This document shows, in pieces, positions 34,974 to 48,975 of a stretch of DNA of 64,000 nt. The position numbers were made by a program, and so were the translations under genes. Origin of the DNA: Scyliorhinus canicula (taxonomy: Eukaryota); the NCBI RefSeq assembly GCF_902713615.1, contig NW_024055498.1, forward strand, positions 1,454,527-1,518,526. Direction: 5' to 3'. Position 1 is the first letter of the stretch, and every line of letters begins with the position of its first letter. The notes beneath the pieces were generated by a model, which worked only from the letters and a program-made list of their open reading frames with translations, made no database searches and was not told the DNA's origin.

Positions 34974-36378
34974 ATATCGCTCTCCGTTCTCACAATGGTC
35001 TGGGTTATATTAATTATCTGTAAGATGTTTAATTTTTTTACGAGTTTCTCTTTGGTGTAATAAATTTGACAAATGGAAACTTGAGGAGGAAAAATCTATA
35101 CTGACTCTGGGTTATGATCGATTGCGAGCATTTCTGGTCACTTCCTCATCGGTCGAACATGGGGACACAAAACACAATAGAAAAAACACACGACAATGGC
35201 GAATCTGTAACTGAGAGATTCCACCCATTAAGGAAAGCTGTACAGACTGGCGTCCCCTCCTCTAATGAAAGTAAGACTCAGAAGTAAACAAAGAGGCTGC
35301 TCCAAACTGAAGAAGAATTTCAATAAGAGGTACTTGGACAAGTCGCTAATACTTATGGATGATTCTAAAACTAACATTCATAAATATAAGAGATCCAACA
35401 TGATCCAATCTGGAAATCAAGAGAAACATCTTTATCAGGAGAGCGGTTAGAAAGTAGAACTCACAAGGAGCAGTTGAGATTGGTGAAGATGCAATAAGGG
35501 GCAATAGGTAAGCAGGAGAGGGAGAAAGGGCAGGGAAGTTTTCCTGATTCACCGAGATGGAGTGGAAGGAACATTGACCAGTTCAGCTGAATAGCTTCTT
35601 TGCGCTGGAAACTCGTTTAGTTTTAGATAACACGAACTGACTTAGCACCCTCAGTACAGTTCAGTTGAATGTTTAATCGACGATTTCCGCTTTCATTACG
35701 TGCTCAATGTCTGAGCGATGGAGATTCTGTGACTCAGCGGGAATCCTCACTCACACAGACAGAGAGAGAAGATGTCACTTCAACCTGTACTTATACCGAG
35801 GATGCTTATTATTTATTCTGGGACCGTCAATACCCAGACAGACTGCCCGAGTTTGCGGTCCGGAGGCACACAGTAAGAAGTCTTACATCACCAGGTTAAC
35901 GTCCAACAGGTTTGATTCAAACCACTAGCTTTCGGAGCACTGCTCCTTCCTCGGGTGAATGAAGAGGTGGGTCCCAGAAACATATATATCCACAAAGTCA
36001 ATGATGCAAGATGATACTTTGAATGCCAGTCTTTGCGGGTAATTAAGTCTTTACAGGTCCGGAGGGAGAAACTGGTGAGAGGGATAATCACAGGTGAAAG
36101 AGGTGTGAATTGTCTCAGGTGAGGACAGTTGGGAGGATTTCGCAAACCCAGGCCAGATCATGGGGGTGTGTGTAATGCGACATGAATCCAAGGCACACGG
36201 GCGGCGTTGCTGAGTTGACGGCGGATTTCGCTCAGGACCGGTTTTCTGATGCAGTCCAGCAGTCAGACAAGTTGTACCAATTGACCATCTCGGAGATGCG
36301 GCTGTCTGACACCGCTGTCTGTTAGTATGCACAGGGTCTCACAGTGATGGGAATGAGGGAAAATCTCGAATAAAAACT
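34974..36378 (+). pseudogene. TRAV: TCR alpha/delta-type V pseudogene split by a Penelope-like insertion
   Basis: 46-nt leader 34974-35019 starting ATA. Exon from about 35709 reads DGDSVTQ...TCTYTEDAYYLFWDRQ...VRRHT[insert]GGVAELTADFAQDRFS...SDTAVC*YA. RSS CACAGTG (36340-36346)-23-ATAAAAACT (36370-36378). Confidence 0.85.
35872..36190. mobile_element. Penelope-like fragment inserted in V CDR2
   Basis: Shares the end sequence agtaagaagtcttac...ccagg with 28312 onward. 8-bp TSD AGGCACAC at 35864-35871 and 36191-36198. Confidence 0.85.
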
Positions 36379-37279
36379 GCCGCAGGTTTCTGGGTCACAG
36401 CCGCTGTCTGTTGAAGGTTGTTTACAACAGCGGCTCAGACACTGACACGTGAATACATTCCTGTGAGCACAGACTCCGAACACAATCCACATAAACACCA
36501 TCTAACATAGTTCACATCAAAGACAGGTTCCATCTGATTATTCCATCCATTGTCCGAGGCAGGAATTTGCGGCTGTTTGTTTGGGCATCTCCAGGAACTC
36601 GCCACGAAAATTGTGAATGCAAAACGCTGCAGATGGTCTGGAACTTGGTATGTTCCTGATTCGATGTTTCAGAAAGAGCTCTTGACAAGCAACAAATAAT
36701 GTTGGCTTTGATATATCGGCAATAGTGTAAACTGAAGCCCGCCAGCTGAGGAACATTCTATTAACTACAGTACCCTGATTATGACGCTCACAACGTTAAA
36801 TTCCTTCCACATAATACAACGAAGAATTCTAAACATAAACAAGCACAAACAGGTTATTTTCAGGACATGATTTGAATCTGATGAACAATGATTAATAAGT
36901 AAGTGGCCTCTAAAGACAGGCTTGGTGTGTTTCAGGCACAGGAAAATCAGCTGAATACAAACGCCTCATTGAAAAGAGCACCAGCTAGTTTGCTATAATC
37001 ACAAGACGCGTTTGGGAAATCCAAACACATCGGATACATCTTTATGCACGTACAAAGCCTGTTCTGTGTTTCTGCACTTCTCAGTGTTATATACCTACTG
37101 CTGTATGTACCTGTTGTGTTAACCTGTTTTAACGGCTGGAAGGCAATATCACATCTTTAGCTAAGCGTTTATTTCGTAATATCTTCAATTTACAAAGTGG
37201 CATAGATTCTCCAAGCACATCTTTACATTATGCTCAAAATTGATTCGATGTAAAATGAACAGAGGAAACCTTTCCCAAA

Positions 37280-37780
37280 GGGCAGTACGGTAGCACAAGT
37301 GGTTAGCACTGTGGCTTGACAGGGTCCTAGGTTCGATTCCCCGCTGGGTCACTGTCTGTGCGGAGTCTGCACGTTCTCCCGTGTCTGCGTGGCCTTCCTC
37401 CAAATGTTCCGGTTTCCTCCCACTGTCCAAAGGGGTGCAGGCAAGTTAGGTGGATTGGCCATGCTAAATTGCCCTTAGTGTCCAAACCGGTTAGGAGGGG
37501 TTATTGGGTTACGAGGATATGGTGTAAGGGGCTGGTTTAGCTCACTGGGCTAAATCACTGGCTTTTAAACAGACCAAGCAGGCCAGCAGCACGGTTCGAT
37601 TCCCGTACCAGCCTCCCAGGACAGGTGCCGGAATGTGGCGACTAGGGGCTTTTCACAGTAACTTCATTGAAGCCTACTCGTGACAATAAGCGATTTTCAT
37701 TAATTTCAAGTGAGAGCTTACGTTGGTCGCGCCGGACACGATGGGCTGAATGGCCTCCTTCTGTACTGTATGTTCTGTGT
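37280..37780 (+). mobile_element. HE1-type SINE with a nested second-family SINE (37528-37708)
   Basis: Head and core at 37280-37527; the tail resumes at about 37709. Confidence 0.8.
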
Positions 37781-37994
37781 TCAAAATTGTACCTGTTACA
37801 CTAGGCTTGTTAACCTTTTGGATTTATTTGAAGACAGAGGAATCTGCTGCTAATTTTGGAAAGTCCAGGTCCCAACCCCCCCCCCCCCCCCCACACACGC
37901 CCCACCTCGCACACACAGTCTCCCACCGGCTCTTCCCTCTGTTACACCACAGAGTTGTTTTTGTACGAGGCCCCCTCAGGTTGCTGTCACTGTG

Positions 37995-38490
37995 TCTCTC
38001 AGTCCGCAGTAATACACCGCGCTGTCAGACAGCCGCAGCTCCCGCATGGTGAATTTCCCCTCACTGTTCGAAATATCCAGAGATGCAGAAAATCGATTTC
38101 CCACACCCACAGTTCTGGAAACTGCACCGGAATTAGGAACGTTAATCAAGAAGATGGGGCCTTTCTCCCGATCCAGGCGGTACAGCTGTAAGGAATATGA
38201 AGCAGCAATGGTCGGATAGCTGTAATTAATCGTCACCGAATCTCCTTCAAACGTTGTCAGTGTAACCGGTTCCTGTGAGACTGAATCTGTACCTGCAGGA
38301 ATTTAGAGGTACATTTCTGTTATATTAATGTCATCAAGGTACCGGCATATTTTGCAAATATAGAGAATAAACAGTTAAAGGGAAGATTACTATGTCAGTA
38401 CAACATGAAAGTGCAAATTGTGTAACTTGCGCTATTACCGGTTAAGAGAGCCGCAGCTGAGAGGAATGAGTAAAAAGTAACTCCCAACAT
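37995..38490 (-). CDS. TRAV: V gene segment with open frame and canonical RSS but lacking Cys23 and Trp41
   Basis: Leader 38439-38490 (MLGVTFYSFLSAAALLT, G/GTAATA) and V exon 37995-38292 (TDSVSQEPVTLTTFEGDSVTINYSY...LQLYR...SDSAVYYCGLR). RSS CACAGTG-23-ACAAAAACA at 37956-37994. Confidence 0.85.
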
Positions 38491-40509
38491 GTCCACAGAA
38501 CAGATGGTGGATTTGAACAGAGGGAGTTAAACCTGAATTGTTTTAGTTCAGACTCTATGCCGATTGGCTCATTCCTGACAGTCAACAGGTGACAACCAAT
38601 CAGCTCACAGTTCTTTTGTCCTGCAAGGAATAGAATGACAGAATCCCGACAGTACAGAAGGAGGCCATTCTGCCCATACAGTCTGCACCGTCCCTTCGAA
38701 AGACCGTCCTATCTCGGGCGAATTTCCATATTCTTCCTGAAATTCCACCCTAAGGGGCATGCTCCCTTAGCATGGTCGCTCCAGCTAACCTGCACATCTT
38801 TGCACTGTGGGAGGAAAGCAGGAGCACCCGCGGGAAAGCCACGCAAACACTAGGACATTGTACAAACTCCACACGGACAGATACCCGAGGTCGGAATCGA
38901 ACCCGTGTCCCTGGCCATGTGAGGCAGCAGTGCTAACCACTATTCCACCTTGCCGCCCAATCAGATTAACGTCCATTTGTTTTCCGCCAATCCACGACGT
39001 CAGAGCAATGAATATCGAACCACTTGAATTGTTCCCACAACAGTTAATTGCACAGAAGAAATAGAAGATGATAAGAAATAGGATTTCGCGTGGGCCATTT
39101 GGTCTTTCTAACCTGCTCCGCCATTCAATAAGATCCTGATTGTTTGACCTGACATTCAACATCCTGAGCTATCCAAAAATTCCTTATTACCTTAATATTC
39201 ATAAACCCATCAACATCTGTTTTTAAGGAACTCACCAACTAAACAACAATGACTGTCTCGTGGAATAAGAATAAGGCGGGCATTAAACGCAATGTTGTTT
39301 CATTATCAGGGAGATAGTTTTGATGCTGAAAGTTACGGAGATTTCATGTTTTGAAGGAATTCCATCGAACTCTTCTCCATCCATCAGAAAGCTTCATTGG
39401 AGAGGAGGCACTAGAGAACAATGTGGCCAATGAGTGTTTTGGTGTCTTTGCTTTTCGGAATCTTATGATATTGGCTTTGCTTGTTTTAGTCATCTCTATA
39501 CCTTTGTCTGTTTGTCCATTCCACTGTCGATACATCTGATTTGCATTTACCAATCTGCTGTTGTATTCACTTGATCGATTCTCTTCATCGATCCTAATCT
39601 ATCTACATCTCTAGCTGTCTCAATCTTCCTGTAAACCTTTCAAAAATAGCTTCGATTCTGTCAACTTGTGTCTGCTTTCAATGAGTTACCTGTGAACATT
39701 GGCGTTGTCTGGGTGAATCACCCCCTGCCTAATAATATTTACGAGAATGTTCCAGAGATAAGCAACTTTATTTACGAAGATGGATTTGATAAGTTGCGAC
39801 TGCTGCCCTTGATGAGCAGGTTAAAAAGTGATCCGAGAGAGGTATTGCAAATCATGACGGTTCTAGACAGAGTAGATATGGAGGAACAGTTTCCATTGGT
39901 GGGAGGATCGAGAACCAGAGGGAACAGATTGAAGGTAATTGGGAAAGGGTTGGGGGTGAGGGGGGGGGGGGGGGTGGGGGTGGGGGGGTGGTGGGGGGTG
40001 GTGGGGGGGGGAGGGGGGTGGGGGGGGGGGTGGGGGGGTGGGGGGGGGCGTGATGAGGGAGGTGGTTCAACTGATGCTTTCAAAGGGAATTGGATTGTTG
40101 CCTCAAATGGAAAATCAATGCTAGTTTACAGAGAAATGAGTGGTGTTAGATAAATCACCCCTTTATTCGGCCAGCACATGCATGCCTGGTGGAAAGGTCT
40201 TCTGCATTGCAAACACCCTCTGACTATGTTTAAAGGGGCGGCAGTGGGTTAGCGGTAATGTCACTGGGCTAGTAATTGAGATGGCTAGCCTAATTCTCTG
40301 ACACTATGTGTTCAAATCCCACAACAGCTGAAAGATGAATTGTAAAATATAAATAAATGGCATGGGTTTGAGAAGGTCAACAAATGTTGGTCTAGCCAGT
40401 GAGGCCCACACCCCATGACATTTTGTTTCAATCAGAAATTGCAATACTAAAGTTTGGCCAGTTGGGGGCAGTGACACTGTGGTTGCTGACATTATGTGAA
40501 GCAGAGATT

Positions 40510-41045
40510 AGAACATAGAACATTACAGCGCAGTACAGGCCCTTCGGCCCTCGATGTTGCGCCGCCCTGTGAAACCCTTCTAAAGTCCCTCTACACTATT
40601 CCCTTGTCGTCCATATGCCTATCCAATGACCATTTGAACGCGTTTAGTGTTGGCGAGTCCACTACTGTTGCAGGCAGGGCATTCCATGACCTTACTACTC
40701 TCTGAGTAAAGAACCTCCCTCTGACATCTGTCCTATATCTATCTCCCCTCAATTTAAAGCTATGACCCCTCGTGCTGGACATCACCATCCGAGGAAAAAG
40801 GCTCTCGATGTCCACCCTATCTAATCCTCTGATCATTTTGTATGCCTCAATTAAGTCACCACTTAACCTTCTTCTCTCTAACGAAAACAGCCTCAAGTCC
40901 TTCAGCCTTTCCTCATATGTTCTTCCCTCCATACCAGGCAACACTCTTGTAAATCTCTTCTGTACCCTTTCCAATGCTTCCACATCCTTCCTATAATATG
41001 GCGGCCAGAACTGCACACAATACTCCAAATGCGGCCGCACCAGAG
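40510..41045 (-). mobile_element. CR1 LINE 3' fragment
   Basis: RPHLEYCVQFW...ERVQKRFTR...GDLIEAYK motifs and tail. Confidence 0.92.
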
Positions 41046-43931
41046 TTTTGTTTCAATTATTACGACAATGGACCCTGTCTGGGTTCAAATTAAACGAGAC
41101 ACCGTATTAGGCTAGCTCAGTTGGTTAGACAGCTAGTTTGTGATGCAGTACCTGGCCAACAGCACGTGTTAAATTCCCGTACTGGCTAAGGTTATTCCTG
41201 AAGGACTTGCCTTCTCAATCTTGCCCCTGGCCTCAGGTTTAATTCCCACCAGCTAGTTCTCCCCCTCAAAGAGGAAAGCAACCTATGGTCACCTGGGACA
41301 ATGGCGAGTTTATCTCTTAGGCTCGGTCACGTTTCTGATATTATGACTGCAGAGCACAGTTATGACCGTACACGGCTGAATCCCAGCTGTTAGCATGTTG
41401 AACCAAGGCCCTCTTTATATTGCACGCAGCATTCAGGAAGTTACAATAGCACTGAATTATACCTCGGCTAATATGAAAATGGTCCATGCCCAATTGTTAC
41501 TTCACGAGACCCAGCATCCACTGATACTAAATCTAAGCATGTTCCTCTTTGTATTACATGAGGCTCTGTCTCAATAATTTCTTTAAGGTAACCTGCCACA
41601 TTCCTCAGCATAGTGGTCTGTGCCAAACCATCTTTAGCTGCTTTATCAATTATCTTCCTTTACTCATAAAGTCAGAAATGAGGATGTTCTCTGTTGATTG
41701 CACAATATTAAACCATCATTCGCGACCCCCTCGCAGCCTATGAACAACGCAACAAGATCGGGTCTACACTCAGGTTTGACTGATAAGTGACAAGTATAGG
41801 CAATGACCAAGAGAGGATCAAACCATCGCCACTTGACATTGAATGGAATTACCATCGCGGAATCCCCCAATATCAATATTCTGGGGGTGACCATTGACCA
41901 GAAACTGAAATCGAATAGCCCAATAAATACGTTGTCTACCAGAGCAAGTCAAGTCTCGGAACACAGGACAAAACAGCCTCTTTGATTGCTATCACTTCCA
42001 CAAACTTCCAATCGTTGAACCACCGACGAACAGTGTCAGATCATGTAACATATACAAGATGTACTATAGAAACTCACCATGACATGTCTTCCAAACCTAG
42101 GACCGCTTCCATCTTGAAGGACAACACGAGAAAACGCATGTATTTGTGTGATCAAAATCGTAGAAATATTTTGAACATTAATAAAAGGAATAGGTCAAAG
42201 ATAATGCAGGCATCAGGATCAAATTCCGAAGTGACAGGAATACAGATTCCAGAAATAATAATGGAGAATTAGAGCATTAAAACTTTTTTTTTTTAAAATT
42301 TTTTTTTAAAATTTAGGTTATCCAATTATTTTTTCCAATTAAGGGGCAATTTAGTGTGGCCAATCCACCTAACCTGCACATTTTTGGGTTGTGGGGGCGA
42401 AACCCACGCAGACACGGGGAGAATGTGCAAACTCCACACGGACAGTGACCCAGAGCCGGGATCGAACCTGGGACCTCAGCGCCGTGAGGCGGTTGTGCTA
42501 ACCACTAGGCCACCGTGCTGCCCTAGAGCATTAAAACTTGAATGGCGGTGGACTATTTGTACATACATTACAGAAGCAGCGTTTTGTCCACTCTTATTTT
42601 AGGAGACGCAATTAAAATACCTAAGTAATTGCTGACTATGAAATTACTAAATACAGGGTCTAATGCAATTTTGATAGGTACAACTTGCAGTGCATGACTG
42701 AAAACTTCTCTGGATCGAGTCTGATGCTGACACAGTGAGTATCTAGTGCAGCCAATCAAAGTTGGTTTTCAAATAATGGCATCTGTGTGAGAGACAGCGA
42801 ACATTGACACAACAGCAAATGATTTCCTAATGTTGCATTAGAGTCAGGCACCATTGCAATGTGAATTGGATGAAGTTAGTGTCAGACAGATAAAACCCGA
42901 AATTGCTGGAATTCCTCTGCATGTCAGGCAGAATGTGAGGAGAGAAACAGAGTTCACGTTTCATGTCTCTGACAGAACATCAGCACCTGGTTCATCGACC
43001 TGAAACTAACTATTTCTCTCTGAAAATGCGACCCGCCGGGGTAACACATTTGGCAGCACTTCTGTTTCTGAGCTGTTTGACCTGGGTCCAAATTCTACTC
43101 CAGGATTTGTTGACCATGGAAGGAGTGTTTGTAAAACTGAAATAGGTTATTAATCAGCCTCCAATATCCTTTAACCTCTCCGCACCTTCATGCCAGAGTG
43201 GAAAGAATGTGAATGTACGAAAAACAAACGGATTTTCCATCCGCTTTCTGACCTGTTGAGTCTTTGCAGCAGCTTCTGTGTTTATTTTAGATTTCTAGTA
43301 TATGTGGTGTGTTACCTTTGTATTGATGTAATGGGAACTGCGGACAGATCATGTCGGCATCAAGTCATGGTGGTACGCTTAACCTCTGAGTCAGAAAATT
43401 GTGGGTGCAAGTCCAAGTCCGGAGCCCCGACCACATAATGTGGTCAATTCTCACCGTGATAGTTTAGATGAAAATCCTTGGTGTCTATTGTCCATTATTT
43501 CCATTAACGGGGTCATACAGCGGGCCAGTACAATAATCACCACAGAGACCGGCTCCAGTGCATTATTAACAGCACGGTAGCATTGTGGATAGCACAATCG
43601 CTTCACAGCTCCAGGGTCCCAGGTTCGATTCCGGCTTGGGTCACTGTCTGTGCGGAGTCTGCACATCCTCCCAGTGTGTGCGTGGGTTTCCACCGGGTGC
43701 TCCGGTTTCCTCCCACAGTCCAAAGATGTGCAGGTTAGGTGGATTGGCCATGATAAATTTCCCTTAGAGTCCAAAATTGCCCTTAGTGTTGGGTGGGGTT
43801 ATTGGGTTATGGGGATAGGGTGGAGTTGTTGACCTTGAGTAGGGTGCTCTTTCCAAGAGCCGGTGCAGACTAGATAGGCTGAATGGCCTCCTTCTGCACT
43901 GTAAATTATATGATTCTATGATTAACATAGG

Positions 43932-44090
43932 CTGCCGAGCCCGGGGTCAGACTGGGGTCTGGTATAATAATAATCACAGAGACCGACTCCAATGTATCAA
44001 TAACAGAGACTGCCGGGCCCGGGGTCAGACTGGGGTCTGGTATAATAATAATCACAGAGATCGGCTCCAGTGTAGCAATAACAGAGACTG
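43932..44090. repeat. Two tandem copies of a 78-bp unit
   Basis: Units start at 43932 and 44010. A related sequence occurs at 43510-43560. Confidence 0.85.
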
Positions 44091-45139
44091 TTGATAATAT
44101 GAAGGGAGGCAAGGAGCCTAATTTGATTAGGAAGTAAAACTGTAAGAAAGCAAAAATGCTTCGGCCCTCAGTCCAGTCTGCCGTACAGTAAAACCAATTG
44201 GAAACATTAATGAGAGAGATTCGTGTGACTGACTCCACCTGAGATCTTTTATAACCAATAGAAGGACAATCCAGAGATTGTCCAGAGATTTCTGATATCT
44301 GAGTGATTATTGTGTATCTGTCAGAGGAACTGAAAACATATTCTTACCCACAGTTTTCCATCTACACAAGCATGCATAAGCCGAATCCGGCAGTTTTACG
44401 GAGGCTAATGTTTAAATCACCAAATTGGGAGTCAAACTTAAAAATTCAAAACCTCATCTCAGGAGGAATTAGTGCCACTAAAGATAATTATGCTTTTTCG
44501 AAGCCGGTTCTATCCAGTGTGACTTTCTTCACAGAGTGGATTGTAAACAGCAATGAACCTCTGAAATATTCCTGACAATTATCGGCATACACCCAGATTC
44601 TGTGAAAAGATAGGGTTAGCAGCGGGCAAAGCTGTATAATGATTGCTTTTTAGTCGGCCTCAATTAAGGACACACGTAGATACAGAAAAGATGCTGGGAC
44701 AATGATTATAGATGAGCCATCCAACTGGATACAGAGTAAAAATGAGCGAAGAAATTTGAAGAGAAGATTGAAAGACGCTGTGTTGAGAGAGAAAAGCTGA
44801 GAAACAGTAAAAATAAATTACACAGAGAGAAGGAGAATAATAAAATAGTGAAAGGGAGCAAGATATAATTTCCTGGCTTCAGAGAACCGGGGAAACTCAG
44901 TGACTGATCCACTGACCATCCAGTTATGTCCTGGAATGGAAGCTTTGAACAGATCACAACAGGTTCATTTATAAATGTCACCACAATGTGATCTGTGTGA
45001 CTCTGTCCTGACTCTGTGGGCAGATATAAGCCGCATTAACAGATGCTCTCACCAGATTGTGGTCCCTGGATTTATTTTCTGTTCAGAAGTGAGATGTGCG
45101 GTTTGGAACCGGCAGCAGAGAAACAGGAAGTTGTGACAA

Positions 45140-45225
45140 AGATCTATCTATCTCTGTCTATCTATCTATGTATCTATCTATCCGTCTATCTATCCGTCTA
45201 TCCGTCTATCTATCCGTCTATCTTT
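45140..45225. repeat. (TCTA/TCCG)n microsatellite
   Basis: Directly visible. Confidence 0.9.
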
Positions 45226-47969
45226 TAGACAGCCTTTATGTTTTTCATTCATTTACGGGACACGGTGCCATTGACTGGGTCAGCAATTATGGCCCATTCC
45301 AAGTTGCCATTCAGAAGGTGGTGGTGAACTGCCTTCTTGAATCGCTGCAGTCCCTGAAATGCAGTTACAGCTATACTGCTATTAGCGAGAGAAATCCAGC
45401 ATTTTCACCCAGCCACAGTGAAGGAACGGCGATATATTTGTAAGACAAGATGGTGAGTGACTTGGAGAGGAATCTCCAGTTGGTGGTGTTCCAAAGTATC
45501 TGCTGCTCTTGTCCTTGCTGACGGTTGTTGCCGTGGGTCTGGTAGGTGCTGAATATGAAACCTTGATTGGTTCCAACAGTAAATCTTGTAGATGGCAACA
45601 ATCAAGCTTTGACCTTGATGGTGTAAAGTTTCTTGAGGTTTGTTGAAGCTGCACTTCAGACACGTGGAGAGTATTCCATTACACTTCTGACTTTTGCTTT
45701 GCAAATAATGGACAGGCTTTGGGCAATCGGAACGTGAGTCACTCGCCGTAAGATTTGAATTGCTCCGGCAGGTACAGTATTCCTCTGGCTTGTCCAGTTC
45801 AGTGTCCGGTCAATGACAGCCCCCAGGATGTTGATTGTGCGGTAATCAATGCAAATAAATCTGGTGCACTATTCTGTGTGGTAGGAACGTTTGTTACATA
45901 AAGTGAGACACAGAAGACTTCAGCCGTGAATAAAACAGAGTCTAACAAAATAATATCAGAGAGTGGACGTCACATAATATAAATGGAGACTTGGTGCAGT
46001 TTTACAAATGCTCCGAAATTGTCACTTCCAGCATGTACAGCAGCACGGATTCATGCGTCATTTAATTAACCTGCATATTATGTCATTTTAACAGATACAA
46101 GGTCTAATGCAGTAATGATTAAAGAAGAGTCAATTGAAGTAGAGAGAGGTGTTGCTCAGTATATTTCTGAATGTGACTGCAGCTATTTGTTAAAACAGTA
46201 AACACAGTCTCGTGCAGTCATAACTTAGAAAGGGTGAATTGTAGTATGTATAGAAACATGGTCCTTCTTATTCAAATGTTTAACTGCAGAGAGCATTACA
46301 TACACAGATACAATGCTGAGGGAAAGATAAAACGAAACCTGGTCCTGTACAATCATTCCAGAGACAAGACCCAGGGTAATAAAACTTGTAACACGGTTAA
46401 GTACAGTGATAACTGAAGCAGGGATGAATGTAATGCTACGAAACAGAGTTTGCAGTAAAATATAAATAAATACATGGTCTAACTACAAGTAAAAACGCAA
46501 CTAGAGTAAATTATAGAGGCCACAGAAGCGTGATCTAATGTATTAATAACTGATATATTATCGAAAGATATAAACACCGAGAGGGTCTAATTGAGAGAGA
46601 ACTGAGAAAGGACCTACTTTACTTTAAACAGAGATACGGAGGATTGCTGGAATAAATGAGATGGAACCCATTGCACGATTAATAACGGTATTGTCTCTCA
46701 CAGTAATAACTAAAACAGAGCGCAGCGTAGCATTTACAGGTACAGAAACTGGCAATAAATAAACAAAGCCGGCGGTGTACCGGAATTACTAAAACAAGGC
46801 CTTGATAAATACAAGTGGAGACAGTGCAGTGCAGTGGAAACCGAGAATTTCATCCCACAGTCCAAAGATGCGCAGGTCAGGTGGATTGGCCATTCTAAAA
46901 GATTTCCCCTGAGTGTGCAAAAGGTAGGTGATGTTATGGGGATAGGGTGGAGGGGTGGTCCTCAGTTAGGTCCTCAGACTCGATGGGCCGACTGGCCTCC
47001 TTCTGCACTGTCGGGATTCTATGATTCTTTGAAAAGACCCGGATTCACAATAACTGGGTCAGGGTTCTAATGCAGTGGTTACTGTTACAGGGTAAATATT
47101 CATAGTAACGGAGACAGGGTGTGCAGCAATGATTAATGGAGGGAAGTCCAGAATCAGGGACACAGTCTAAGGAGATAGATGTGGAGAAATTTATTGACCT
47201 CGATTGGTGAGCCTGTGGAATTTTCTGCCACACAAAACAGTTGAGGCCAAAACTTTGTATGTTTACTGAAAGGAATTATATATATAGTTCTTGTGGCTAT
47301 AGGGATCATAGGATATGGAGGGAAAACGAGAACAGTTTACTGAGTTGGATGATCAGCCACGATCAGAATGAATGGAAGAGCAAGTTCAAGAGGCCGACCG
47401 GCCTACTCCTTCACCTATTGTCTCTGCTTCTATACTTCTATATTTCTATGTACTGCAACAAAGCATAAATTATATATAAACAGAAACAGGATCTGCTACA
47501 GTAATTCCTGAGACAGGATCTAGATTAATATAAACTGAGACAAGGCCGAGTGCAGTGATTTCTGATGGGGGGGGGGGGGGGGGGTGTTCAGTAATGTAAA
47601 TTTAGACAGGGTTCTCGAGCACTAATTGCTGATAGAGCGTCGAGATTAATATAAAGTAAGACAGATTCTAGTGCCGTAATTATTGATGCAGGGTCTAGCT
47701 TAACGAAAACTGAGATAATATCTAATTCAGAGATTACTGATTCAGGGTATACATTCGTACAAAGCGAGACAGGTTCGATTGCAGGGACGGCCCAAGATTA
47801 ATGTTTATCAATGTCGGGCCGAGTGTGGTGTTCACTGTTACACGGTTGAGATTATATACATTAAGACATATGTGCGCTTTTTTCTGAGTCTTTGTGTGTG
47901 CGGACATTTTCACACCAAACTCCTGCACAAATAAATCCTTTGTTTTATACACCAATTAATGGGACGGAG

Positions 47970-48975
47970 TATGGGGAACTTTACTCTCCACATACCCTGC
48001 GTTTTTCCTGCTCTGCAAGTATTTGATGGTCCGGCAAAGAGGAAGGTTTACTCTGTTCCTTACATGTGCTTTACCTGTCCTTCACATGTTAGATGGCGGA
48101 TGTTGTGGAGGGGGCTTTGCTCTGTACTGTACCTGTCCTTCGAGTATTTGAGGGGAGATTGTTAAGGGAAGTTTACTCAGTACCTAAATGTTTACTGTTG
48201 GGGCCATAAGACCATAAGACCATAAGACATAGGAGTGGAAGTAAGGCCATTCGGCCCATCGAGTCCACTCCGCCATTCAATCATGGCTGATGGGCATTTA
48301 AACTCCACCTACCAGCATTCTCCCCATAGCCCTTAATTCCTCGCGACATCAAGAATTTATCTATCTCTGTCTTGAAGCCATTTAGTGTCCCGGCCTCCAC
48401 TGCACTCCGCGGCAATGAATTCCACAGGCCCACCACTCTCTGGCTGAAGAAATGTCTCCGCATTTCTGTTCTGAATTTACCCCCTCTAATTCTAAGGCTG
48501 TGCCCACGGGTCCTCGTCTCCTCGCCTAACGGAAACAGTTTCTTTGCGTCCACCCTTTCTAAGCCATGTATTATCTTGTAAGTTTCTATTAGATCTCCCC
48601 TTAACCTTCTAAACTCCAATGAATACAATCCCAAGATCCTCAGCCGTTCATCATATGTTAGACCCGCCATTCCAGGGATCATCCGTGTGAATCTCCGCTG
48701 GACACGCTCCAGTGCCAGTATGTCCTTCCTGAGATGTGGGGCCCAAAACTGGACACAGTACTCCAAACGGGGCCTAACCAGAGCCTTATAAAGGCTCAGT
48801 AGCACATCGCTGCTTTTATATTCCAACCCTGGGAGTGTATAATGGGACAGGTTTCAGGAAGCTTTATTCTTTATCTGATCCTGTGATGCATTTGGCCTGA
48901 GTGTTTGCTGGTTCAGTGTGCAGGAAGCTTTGCTCTGTATGCAACCCCGTACTGTACCAGGCCTGCGAGAATTCG
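47970..48975. repeat. Decayed satellite-like tandem repeat split by a CR1 insertion
   Basis: Recurring ...gctttactctgta...ctgtacctgtcc...gagtgtttgatgg... units on both sides of 48210-48830. Confidence 0.55.
48210..48830 (-). mobile_element. Young CR1 LINE 3' fragment
   Basis: Uninterrupted 181-aa ORF2 C-terminus and a (CATAAGAC)n tail. Confidence 0.93.

Noticed and set aside
39960-40048. Long G-rich run giving Gly-rich and Pro-rich ORFs
   Set aside because: It is a homopolymer/low-complexity expansion inside a decayed CR1, possibly inflated by sequencing error.
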